This document shows positions 9,224 to 17,428 of a stretch of DNA of 44,807 nt, piece after piece. Below the pieces are notes generated by a model. It was not told where the DNA came from. It made no database searches and saw only the letters and a program-made list of their open reading frames with translations. Location: positions 1 to 44,807 of the forward strand of contig JAYZAY010000060.1 in NCBI GenBank assembly GCA_036339465.1, in the 5' to 3' direction. Source of the stretch: Myxococcota bacterium (lineage in GTDB: Bacteria; Myxococcota; XYA12-FULL-58-9; JABJBS01). Position 1 is the first letter of the stretch. Each line of letters starts with the position of its first letter. Position numbers and translations under genes: made by a program.

Positions 9224-9945
9224 GATTTATTCCGTCGCCCCTTTGGTGGGTGGAACCATCACGTTCTTAGAGCATGAGGGAGCAAGATTGCTGGGCTCAG
9301 CATGACATAACTTGAGACAAAATCCTAGGTGACTCTTTTTGGGGCGGAAACTGGTGGTGCATGGTTCGCAGAGCCTGTCGACCAAAGCCGAAATCTGTCC
9401 GTCTTTTGCATCGTTTGAAGATAGGCAGGCTTTGAGAAGGGTGGTGGTATGAGTTGACGGCTGTGATTGGCATCCCTACCAGTTTGCGTTTCCCAGAGAG
9501 TACCTTGAGTACAATTTATGTTAGCGTTGGGACACATTCTCCTGTTCCAGCGTGAATTTGGCAACATGCCAATTGGTTGCTAGAAGCCGTACAAGCATTT
9601 GCCGGAAGGTTACCCTCTTTGGAACTCCCCCTGTAACTACGGAGGTCTTGTTGCAGAACTCTTGTGCCTATAACCCACATGGCAAACATTCAGGTAATCA
9701 CACCGGATTTGCGAAATGGGGGACGCAAAAGACTTGGCCACAAATGAAATCACCACAGTGATGACCAGGTTTACATTGAAGCTCTCCGCTCCAGGTTTCG
9801 TTTTGACCGATGCTGCTTGGTTGTGCACCTATTTACAAGCTCGCAATAGCCTTCAACGCATCGGTGGCTTGGGCCACAAGGTAGGTTTGAGAGCTTAACT
9901 GAATCACCGAGACTACAGGCACTGGTGGCTACCGTCGGTGCCAAA
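9224..9945 (+). ncRNA. Candidate large structured non-coding RNA (unassigned)
   Basis: No credible ORF. Series of nested helices found by eye: 9327-9360/9470-9505, 9369-9379/9424-9434, 9524-9534/9543-9553, 9779-9786/9889-9896, 9806-9813/9858-9865, 9918-9928/9932-9942. G-U pairs favour +. Boundaries are approximate. Confidence 0.4.
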
Positions 9946-10010
9946 TAGAGGATGGTTGTGCGCCATGCGAATAGATTGAGTTGTTTTAGTATGATTTTTC
10001 GATACCCTTA

Positions 10011-10040
10011 TTGACCGCTTTCGGCAAATTCGGCTATAGG
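10011..10040 (+). promoter_or_regulatory. Possible sigma70 promoter for tRNA-Pro/surE
   Basis: TTGACC (10011-10016), 18-nt spacer, TATAGG (10035-10040). Confidence 0.4.
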
Positions 10041-10053
10041 CTCTAACTACGGT

Positions 10054-10131
10054 CGGGGCGTAGCGCAGCCTGGTTAGCGCACTTGACTGGGGGTCAAGGG
10101 GTCGAAGGTTCGAATCCTTTCGCCCCGACCA
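10054..10131 (+). tRNA. tRNA-Pro(GGG)
   Basis: Acceptor CGGGGCG/CGCCCCG, anticodon arm CTTGA-CTGGGGG-TCAAG, TTCGAAT, CCA. Confidence 0.97.
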
Positions 10132-10149
10132 TTTCGTATCGGTAGGTTC

Positions 10150-10920
10150 ATGAGTTATAAAAAGATCCTTCTGTCCAACGACGACGGCATCCATGCTCTA
10201 GGGCTTCAGGTGCTAGAGGAGGCATTGGGTGGAGAGTATCTTGTGTACACTGTCGCTCCCGAATACGAACAAAGCGCCAAGAGTCAGGCTCTGTCCCTCC
10301 ACGAGCCCCTACGAGTAAAGAAGTACAGTGAACGTCGTTTTTCAGTCACCGGGACTCCCACCGATTCGGTTTATTTGGGTTTGCATCAATTGGTTGATGA
10401 AAAACCCGATTTAGTCGTCTCGGGAATTAATCATGGTCCTAATCTTGGCACGGATATCCTTTATTCTGGGACCGTGGGGGCGGCAATGGAAGGAGCCATG
10501 AATGGTATACCTTCCGTGGCGGTTTCCCTGTGCTTGCCTCGACCCGATGCTAGTCCCATAAGTATGAAAGAGTCGTATGTGGCGGCTGCTGACACGGTGG
10601 TTCGCATTTTGCGAAATATCGGGGATGAAGGAATTCCTTGCAGAAGTGTTCTGAATGTAAATATCCCGCACAACTTTGAACCTGAAACAGGTTCGTTCCA
10701 AGTTTGTCCTTTGGGGCAGGAAACTTGGAAGCACTCTGTATTCGAACGCAAAGATCCAAGAGGACGGCCCTACTACTGGATAGGTGGTGAAAGGCAGGAG
10801 GGCGATTCTGTTGAGGCGTCGGACGGTTGTGCGATTGAGAACGGGGTAGTGGCGATAACGCCTTTGCATAGCGACCTGACCGACTACGCTTTATGTCGTA
10901 AGTTAAGTGGGAACTTCTAA
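10150..10920 (+). CDS. surE: 5'/3'-nucleotidase SurE
   Basis: ILLSNDDG, GTPTDSV, SGINHGPNLG, YSGTVGAA, DPRGRPYYW. Confidence 0.97.
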   Translation: MSYKKILLSNDDGIHALGLQVLEEALGGEYLVYTVAPEYEQSAKSQALSLHEPLRVKKYSERRFSVTGTPTDSVYLGLHQLVDEKPDLVVSGINHGPNLGTDILYSGTVGAAMEGAMNGIPSVAVSLCLPRPDASPISMKESYVAAADTVVRILRNIGDEGIPCRSVLNVNIPHNFEPETGSFQVCPLGQETWKHSVFERKDPRGRPYYWIGGERQEGDSVEASDGCAIENGVVAITPLHSDLTDYALCRKLSGNF

Positions 10921-11008
10921 CGCGTCATTGCGACTGACTAAAATCTATGAAATCCCTTGCTCTATGATTGAACTTACCGAGGTTGGTGGAGTGGTGGCTG
11001 AAAAACCC

Positions 11009-11602
11009 ATGGGCTTCTTACGACGTTTGTACGAATGGACCTTAAAGTGGTCTGAGAGTAAGCAAGCGACCCGTGCATTGGGCACCTTGGCGTTCTTGGA
11101 ATCTTCGGTGTTTCCGATTCCGCCTGATCTTTTGTTGATTCCGATGTGTCTGGCAAAGCCGAAGCGGGGCTGGTTTTATGCTGCTTTGACAACTTTGATG
11201 TCAGTTTTAGGCGGCGTCGCTGGATATTTTGTGGGACTGTGGTTGTGGCAGCAAGTTGGTGATTGGTTCTTTCTTTATGTGCCAGGTTTTACCCCGGGAA
11301 AATTTAGTAAAGTTCAAGACCTTTATCAGACCTGGGGAATTGTCGTGGTATTTGCTGCCGGTTTTTCACCGATACCCTATAAGATTTTCACGATTACCAG
11401 CGGCGTATTTTCCATGAGCTTTCCCGGATTCGTTTTGGCGTCGGTTGTAGGTAGGGGAGGGCGATTTTTTTTGGTGGCGGGGTTACTTCGATATTTTGGT
11501 GAGCCAGTCAAAGAAAAAATTGAACGCTATTTCAACGAACTTGCGCTGATTTTTTGCCTCCTACTGGGAGGAGGTATTATTGCTCTCAAGTGGCTTTTCT
11601 AG
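11009..11602 (+). CDS. YqaA/DedA (VTT) family membrane protein
   Basis: LRRLYEW, AFLESSVFPIPPD, AGFSPIPYKIFTI, VGRGGRFF. Start uncertain (GTG 10991/10994 possible). Confidence 0.9.
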   Translation: MGFLRRLYEWTLKWSESKQATRALGTLAFLESSVFPIPPDLLLIPMCLAKPKRGWFYAALTTLMSVLGGVAGYFVGLWLWQQVGDWFFLYVPGFTPGKFSKVQDLYQTWGIVVVFAAGFSPIPYKIFTITSGVFSMSFPGFVLASVVGRGGRFFLVAGLLRYFGEPVKEKIERYFNELALIFCLLLGGGIIALKWLF

Positions 11603-11624
11603 GTTATTTAGAGGGAGACAGAAC

Positions 11625-12380
11625 TTGAAGAGAAACCTTTCAAGACGGCTTGGGCGCTCAGTAGGACTTTTTCTGCTCAGCGCTTGGCTGGGTTATGTTG
11701 GGACGAGCTGTGGATGGAGCAGCGTAGGCCAGCCTGTTGGGGTAACGGATGATGGGAATCGTGTGACTTCTCGCTACCGTGGGCAACCACTGAAGGTTTT
11801 TAGCCAGCCTAAATCAAAGCGATTGGGTCACTATCAGGTGAAAAAAGGCGACACTCTTTGGGGCATCGCAAAACGTTTTGGGACCATCGTCAGTGAACTT
11901 AAGAACCTAAATGGAATTGATTCTCCGAATCATTTGAAGGTTGGTGCGTTTATCAAGATCCCCGGTGTCGGTAAGGCTAAAAGTACGCCCAAGGTCAAGT
12001 CGAACGAGGCTTATGCTTTAAGATGGCCGGTTCAAGGCATTGTGACGCGCGGATACGGTAAGCGGCGGGGCAAGGAACACGATGGAATCGATATTGCCGC
12101 GAAGAAGGGGAGTCCTGTTCATGTGGCGAGTTCGGGGACGGTTGTTTATGCCAAACGGCATGGCGGCTACGGGAATTTGGTGGTTGTTAAGCATGCCAAC
12201 AGCTTGGTCACGATCTATGCTCACAACTTAAAGAACTTGGTTAAAAAGGGCGACAAAGTTCGCTTGGGCCAATCCATTGCCTTGGTCGGAGATACCGGTG
12301 CGGCCACGGGATCCCACCTCCATTTCGAAGTACGACGCGGCGCACTACCTCAGAATCCCTTGAATTTTTTGCCCCCTTGA
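11625..12380 (+). CDS. nlpD: NlpD-like LysM + M23 lipoprotein
   Basis: LysM YQVKKGDTLWGIA; M23 HDGID, YAHN, HLHFEV; possible lipobox Cys (GTSC). TTG 11625 follows GGGAG; sits in the surE locus. Confidence 0.85.
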   Translation: MKRNLSRRLGRSVGLFLLSAWLGYVGTSCGWSSVGQPVGVTDDGNRVTSRYRGQPLKVFSQPKSKRLGHYQVKKGDTLWGIAKRFGTIVSELKNLNGIDSPNHLKVGAFIKIPGVGKAKSTPKVKSNEAYALRWPVQGIVTRGYGKRRGKEHDGIDIAAKKGSPVHVASSGTVVYAKRHGGYGNLVVVKHANSLVTIYAHNLKNLVKKGDKVRLGQSIALVGDTGAATGSHLHFEVRRGALPQNPLNFLPP

Positions 12381-12545
12381 GTCGTCATCTAAAAGCCCGA
12401 TCCCAGCTTCTGTGGGGAAAACTACTGACTAGAAGTGTGCGGAGTGCTTGCTTTTACGAAGGAAGCCAAATAAGTCCCCGCCGAATCGACACAATAAACT
12501 GCCCTCCTGGGGAAGGGAAGGCAGACCACTATTTTCTTGGAGGAA

Positions 12546-15038
12546 ATGATGAAGAAATCCCTATTTCTCATGATGATGTTTACGGTTATCGGGGCACTTT
12601 CTTGTAAAGGCGATGGGGGCGGTGAAGCGGTTGAAGAAATAGCTTGTAACAAGAATTCCGATTGTGACGCGGGAAAGGTCTGCGAAGATGGAATGTGTGT
12701 TGACTATACCAAGCCCGATTGCGCTGCCGATGAATTTTGGGATTATCAAAACCTCGAATGTACCAGTGTGACTAAAAAGTGTTCGGGGGGTAATTGTTCT
12801 TGCTCTATCATGAATGGCACTGGGCAATTGACAGCGAGTGGAACGGGATTGATCGCCATGCCAGAGGGAACGAGTGCACCGGTGGAGGCAGCTCTGGCCA
12901 CCAATGACGGCACCTTACTTTCCGATGTGTCTTTTACAGTTACCGTTGACGGTTCAAATTTTACGGTTGCGGGCAATATAATAACCGCTGCTGGTGGTGC
13001 TGGTGACAGCGCCTTGACCGTCAAGTTCAAAGACGACGTGGCGACGTGTACAACGAACTTAAAGAATCTAGGGGCGGCTGAAGCAGGTAAAGTGAAGGTC
13101 CACGTTTTTAACGAAATGACCATGGCGCCTGTATCTGGCGCTTATGTGGTCTTAAATCAAGATGTGTCGGGCAAGGCGACCACAGACACGGATGGCATCG
13201 CATCTCTTTCCGCCTCTGATAAGTATACCTTGAGTGTTATTCACAAGGACCACAACTATATGTCTATTGTGGGAATCACGCCGGATGCCGGCGGTGATTT
13301 CTTGGCGGTCCCCTTGAGCCAACGTGTGGCTAAAGAAGACATGCCAGCGGCCGGTTTTTCTGGGGAAATAAATTATTCGGAATATGTTTCGAAATACCTG
13401 AAGAAAGAACAAGCCCTAAAGGCAGCTTTGGTGGCGCCGAGTATTCCATTGGAAGCGGTGGCTAACTTCGATCTAGAGGCAATCATCGGTGAATTAGGCG
13501 ATGCGGCCGACTGTCCCGATGTGAACAACGGTGGAACTGAGGCAGATTGTACAGGAATCAGTGGCTGTTACTACATTAATATCAGCGATGCCTTTAAAAC
13601 GTGCATACCTCTACCGGGAGGCGTTTATCTGGATCTCTTGGGCACTCCGGTTAAGAGCAGTTTTGATTCCATTGCTTCACCAGGAAACCGGGTTGCTTGG
13701 TCTTTGGCGACCCAGCTTGGTCTTCAAGAAGTATTGGCCATCGCGACCCCGCTTCTAAATCTTTTCTCGGGCGAGTGTGCCTGCAACAAGGACGTGGGGA
13801 CGAAAAAAGCAGGGGATTTTTGCAATGACTCCAATGGTGGTGAATGGAGTCAGGGTAGCGATATTTGTACATGTGATGTCAGCTGCCCCGGTGCGATTCC
13901 CATAGAAGATCTTGTTCCGAGTGTGGTCCAAATTTTGAGTAAATTGGGAAGTGGGCTTACTGCGAACATTAATGCTAAAGAAGCGGGTTATGCTGATTGG
14001 CAAGCATTTGCTTCCGAGGAGCTTAACGCCCGAGACGCGGGTGGGATGTTTGAAATTCTTAGCGACAGTCTTTTTGATGGTGACAATCCTCAGGCGGGCG
14101 TCAAGCCTTCATTAAAAGTTACGGAAGGTTGGACCAACTTCACGAATGTGAAGGTACCCAAGCTACCGGCCGACTTTGGTAAAGATGGTCAAAATATGGA
14201 AGCGATGGTGGCCTTAACGGGTGTGCAAGTCATGGGACAGGGTTTCATTCCACTTGGGGTCGGCCTTGGTCTTGATTGCATGGGGGGGGAAGGTCAGGAT
14301 TGTTATGACCAAATCACCAATGCCAACGGTAGTTTCGATCAGCAAATCAACGGTTTTCAGGTTTGCGATTACGACTCAAACCCAGACAAAAATAACTGTC
14401 CAGAGAGCGTGACGACCTCATTGGGGGCCAGTAGTGAAGGGAAAACTTCCGATGGAAGTATCGGTCTCTATTATACGAATCCATTTGCGGGATTAGAGGG
14501 AAGCAAGCAAGAGCAAGTGACTTTGTTGGTGTCACTGCCTCTGAGTGCGTTTTTTCAGGATACGGCGAATCTGCGGGCGAGTGCGGTGCTTAAGAAAGGG
14601 GCTTTGTCCGCCGATGGAACCTTTGACCAGAGCAGTGTGGTATTTCCCAGTACTGCAGGCAGTGCGAGTTCCTACAACCCCTCAAGTGGTTATACCCCAG
14701 CAGCCTCGAAGGATATTCACTGGGTGACGTTTGCGGTGGATACTGCCTCCACGGAAGCGGGGACACAGAGTAAGCGTTGGAATGTATACACCCATGGTAC
14801 TGAGAAGTTCCTCGCACCCAACCTTAAGGAGTTGGGCGGTTCGTTTGGGGGCGAAAATAGTCCTACCGAGCCTAAGATTGGGGACAATAAGGTGAATATA
14901 ACCCACATAGGCCTGGATATGGAAGCTGGTGTGACCGTTGATAGCCTTGTGCGTCACAACGGTACGACGCTCAACCGGACCTTCACGCACATGACGGGTT
15001 TGGCTATTAGTAGCAAGAACTATAAGGTTGCTCAGTAA
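12546..15038 (+). CDS. Large Cys-rich lipoprotein of unknown function
   Basis: Lipobox ALSC; N-terminal CxxxxDCxxxxxC Cys-rich motifs; central carboxypeptidase-regulatory-like beta segment (PVSGAYVVLN...TTDTDGIA); SD GGAGG. Confidence 0.85.
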   Translation: MMKKSLFLMMMFTVIGALSCKGDGGGEAVEEIACNKNSDCDAGKVCEDGMCVDYTKPDCAADEFWDYQNLECTSVTKKCSGGNCSCSIMNGTGQLTASGTGLIAMPEGTSAPVEAALATNDGTLLSDVSFTVTVDGSNFTVAGNIITAAGGAGDSALTVKFKDDVATCTTNLKNLGAAEAGKVKVHVFNEMTMAPVSGAYVVLNQDVSGKATTDTDGIASLSASDKYTLSVIHKDHNYMSIVGITPDAGGDFLAVPLSQRVAKEDMPAAGFSGEINYSEYVSKYLKKEQALKAALVAPSIPLEAVANFDLEAIIGELGDAADCPDVNNGGTEADCTGISGCYYINISDAFKTCIPLPGGVYLDLLGTPVKSSFDSIASPGNRVAWSLATQLGLQEVLAIATPLLNLFSGECACNKDVGTKKAGDFCNDSNGGEWSQGSDICTCDVSCPGAIPIEDLVPSVVQILSKLGSGLTANINAKEAGYADWQAFASEELNARDAGGMFEILSDSLFDGDNPQAGVKPSLKVTEGWTNFTNVKVPKLPADFGKDGQNMEAMVALTGVQVMGQGFIPLGVGLGLDCMGGEGQDCYDQITNANGSFDQQINGFQVCDYDSNPDKNNCPESVTTSLGASSEGKTSDGSIGLYYTNPFAGLEGSKQEQVTLLVSLPLSAFFQDTANLRASAVLKKGALSADGTFDQSSVVFPSTAGSASSYNPSSGYTPAASKDIHWVTFAVDTASTEAGTQSKRWNVYTHGTEKFLAPNLKELGGSFGGENSPTEPKIGDNKVNITHIGLDMEAGVTVDSLVRHNGTTLNRTFTHMTGLAISSKNYKVAQ

Positions 15039-15091
15039 GTGGAACATGATTGAGCTTCGAGTTGCCTTCTCTAGGTTGATTCTGTAGTTTT

Positions 15092-15124
15092 AAGCGGTGG
15101 GCTTTTGCCCACCGCTTTTTTTTT
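15092..15124 (+). terminator. Rho-independent terminator
   Basis: AAGCGGTGGGC-TTTT-GCCCACCGCTT followed by a T run. Confidence 0.92.
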
Positions 15125-15153
15125 GCTCAGCTTAGGAGCGTGGGAAGGTTGCG

Positions 15154-16506
15154 ATGATTGAAATTACGGTACACGGAACCTTTACGGATTCGGTTGAAGG
15201 GGGAACGACCGAGAGTGAGCGGGAGCCAATTTGGGACTCCGTTCAGGATGCTCACCGGGAGCTTATGGCTCGCCGGGATAAGGATATTGGGTTTTACAAT
15301 CTTGCGTATGATGAGGGCCCGCTGAAGGCTATCACCGCAGAAGTCAACCGACTCAGAGCTTTGGCTGAGCATTTACTCGTTTTGGGAATCGGTGGTTCTA
15401 GCCTGGGAGGCCAAGCCTTGGTGTCCGCTTTGAGCCCAGGTGGCTTGAGTGGAGTTCCGGTTTATTTCCTCGACAATGTTGATCCCGATACCGTGAATTA
15501 TTATTTAAAATCGTTGGAGCCCGAAAAAACGGTTGCCGTGGTGATTACCAAGAGTGGAGCAACCATAGAGACCCTGGCTCAATTTCTCCTCGTTCGTCGC
15601 TGGTTCAAGGATCGCCTTGGGGAGGGTGAAACTCGAAGTCGGATGAGTTTTGTCACCGATCCGGAGAAAGGTTTTTTGAGGCAGCTCTCCCGAAAAGAGG
15701 GAATTAGAGCCTTGGAAATTCCCGAAAATGTAGGTGGGCGATTTAGTGTTTTAACGCCAGTGGGACTCTTGCCGGCAGCCTTTGCCGGGATTGATGTCGG
15801 AGAAGTCTTGGCGGGCGCGCGTGATATGGCCGATCAACTCACCCAAGACGACAGTGGACAGAGTCCTGCATCCCTGCTTGCGGCTTCGATTTTTGCGCTC
15901 TACGGGAAGGGCCGAAATCAGTTGGTGATGATGCCCTATTCAGATGCTCTACGCTTATCTTCTTCATGGTTTGTTCAGTTGTGGGCGGAGTCTTTAGGGA
16001 AGCGATTTAATCGGCATGGCGAAGAAGTTCGAACCGGCCAAACGCCGATCGCGGCGCTGGGGGCTACGGACCAACATGCCCAAGTACAGCTTTTTGTCGA
16101 GGGCCCGAAAGATAAAATGGTCTGCTTGATCAGTGTGGATGAACCCAATGGAAAATTAAATATTCCTAATGAGTTAGAAGGAATAGACGAGGTGAGTTTC
16201 CTGCATGGCCAGGATCTAGGAGAACTTTTGGACGCAGAGCGTCGAGGTACTCGCGTGGCTTTGTTGGAGGCAGGGGTACCGGTTGTCGATCTTCGTATAA
16301 AGAAATTAGATGCTGCGACCATGGGGGCTTTTTTCATCCTCTTGGAGGCAACCTGTGCGTGTATGGGATTATTGATGGGGATTAACCCATTTGATCAACC
16401 AGGAGTTGAGGCGGGTAAACGAATGGCGCTAGGATTAATGGGTCGGGCTGGCTACGAAGAAGATGCGCAGCGGGTTTATTTGAAGGAACAGCGTGGTCAA
16501 AAATAG
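15154..16506 (+). CDS. pgi: Glucose-6-phosphate isomerase
   Basis: LGIGGSSLG, TKSGATIET, VGGRFSVLT, QLWAESLGK, TDQHAQVQ, NPFDQPGVE. Confidence 0.96.
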   Translation: MIEITVHGTFTDSVEGGTTESEREPIWDSVQDAHRELMARRDKDIGFYNLAYDEGPLKAITAEVNRLRALAEHLLVLGIGGSSLGGQALVSALSPGGLSGVPVYFLDNVDPDTVNYYLKSLEPEKTVAVVITKSGATIETLAQFLLVRRWFKDRLGEGETRSRMSFVTDPEKGFLRQLSRKEGIRALEIPENVGGRFSVLTPVGLLPAAFAGIDVGEVLAGARDMADQLTQDDSGQSPASLLAASIFALYGKGRNQLVMMPYSDALRLSSSWFVQLWAESLGKRFNRHGEEVRTGQTPIAALGATDQHAQVQLFVEGPKDKMVCLISVDEPNGKLNIPNELEGIDEVSFLHGQDLGELLDAERRGTRVALLEAGVPVVDLRIKKLDAATMGAFFILLEATCACMGLLMGINPFDQPGVEAGKRMALGLMGRAGYEEDAQRVYLKEQRGQK

Positions 16507-16515
16507 GAGGGTACA

Positions 16516-17409
16516 ATGAATGATGATTTCGACGAAACAATGGTTACTCCCATACTCGCCCCTAAACTCTCGGATGCTAAGGCTGAAACTACGATTGTTT
16601 TGGTGGTGTTTCAGGGTAAGGATATTGGTAAGAAGTATTCCCTCACCAGTGGTGAAAACATACTCGGCCGCGCATCGACGTGCTCTGTCCCCTTATTGGC
16701 AGAGGGGGTTTCTCGAGAACATGCCATGATTGTTCTGGATCGGGGTAGCGTTATTCTAAAAGATCTTGATTCTACCAATGGTACGTTTGTCAATGATCAG
16801 AAAGTGGGGAGGGTGGCGCTGAAGAACGGTGACTTCATCAAGGTGGGGGACATTGTCCTTAAGTTTATTTCGGGTGGAGCGATTGAAACGGAATTCCTAG
16901 ACGATATGTATGACCTTACCACCCTGGATCCCCTAACCCAGGTATTTAATAAGCGTTATTTTCTCGCAACCCTGGATGATGAACTACAGCGCAGTCGTCG
17001 ATATGGTCGAAGTTTAGCAGTGGTTATGTTTGATCTCGACCATTTTAAGAAGGTCAATGACACCTACGGACATCAGGCCGGTGACTCGGTTCTAAAGGTC
17101 TTGGCGAAAATTGTCAGCGAAGGTGTGCGTAGCTGCGACATCTTTTGCCGCTACGGTGGTGAAGAGTTCGGGATTATTTTACCTGAGACCTCTATTGAGG
17201 AAGCACTCCAAGTTTGTGAAAAAATTCGCGGTTTGGTGGAAGTGAATGTTTTTAAGCATGGGGAAAAGATTATTCCCGTCACCATTAGTCTTGGTCTGGC
17301 AGGGACGCAGACCGAAGAACCTTGTCCCGAGAGAGCGGAACTCATCGCCCTGGCCGATGGGAAGCTTTATGAGGCGAAACATCGTGGCCGCAATCGCGTT
17401 TGTTATTAA
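16516..17409 (+). CDS. FHA-GGDEF diguanylate cyclase (DgcB-like architecture)
   Basis: FHA motifs LGR, VSREHA, STNGTFVN; GGDEF domain DLDHFKKVNDTYGHQAGD, RYGGEEF; I-site RSCD. Confidence 0.95.
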   Translation: MNDDFDETMVTPILAPKLSDAKAETTIVLVVFQGKDIGKKYSLTSGENILGRASTCSVPLLAEGVSREHAMIVLDRGSVILKDLDSTNGTFVNDQKVGRVALKNGDFIKVGDIVLKFISGGAIETEFLDDMYDLTTLDPLTQVFNKRYFLATLDDELQRSRRYGRSLAVVMFDLDHFKKVNDTYGHQAGDSVLKVLAKIVSEGVRSCDIFCRYGGEEFGIILPETSIEEALQVCEKIRGLVEVNVFKHGEKIIPVTISLGLAGTQTEEPCPERAELIALADGKLYEAKHRGRNRVCY

Positions 17410-17428
17410 TATCTAGTATAGCTCCCCG

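Noticed and set aside
9327..9505. 6S RNA assignment for the 179-nt rod
   Set aside because: Length fits, but the central loop is very asymmetric (about 4 versus 31 nt) and the rod is embedded in a longer structured region. Not called without cmscan.
9582..9645. AGCCGUA resembling group II intron domain V
   Set aside because: Its pairing partner UACGG is about 50 nt away. No 34-nt D5 geometry, no D6 and no GUGYG 5' end identified.
9325..9898. 60-80 aa ORFs in the M23-tRNA-Pro spacer
   Set aside because: No SD or family motifs; the region is better explained by RNA structure.
9913..10194. 93-aa - strand ORF containing SGRKDSNLRP
   Set aside because: Classic antisense shadow of the tRNA-Pro gene.
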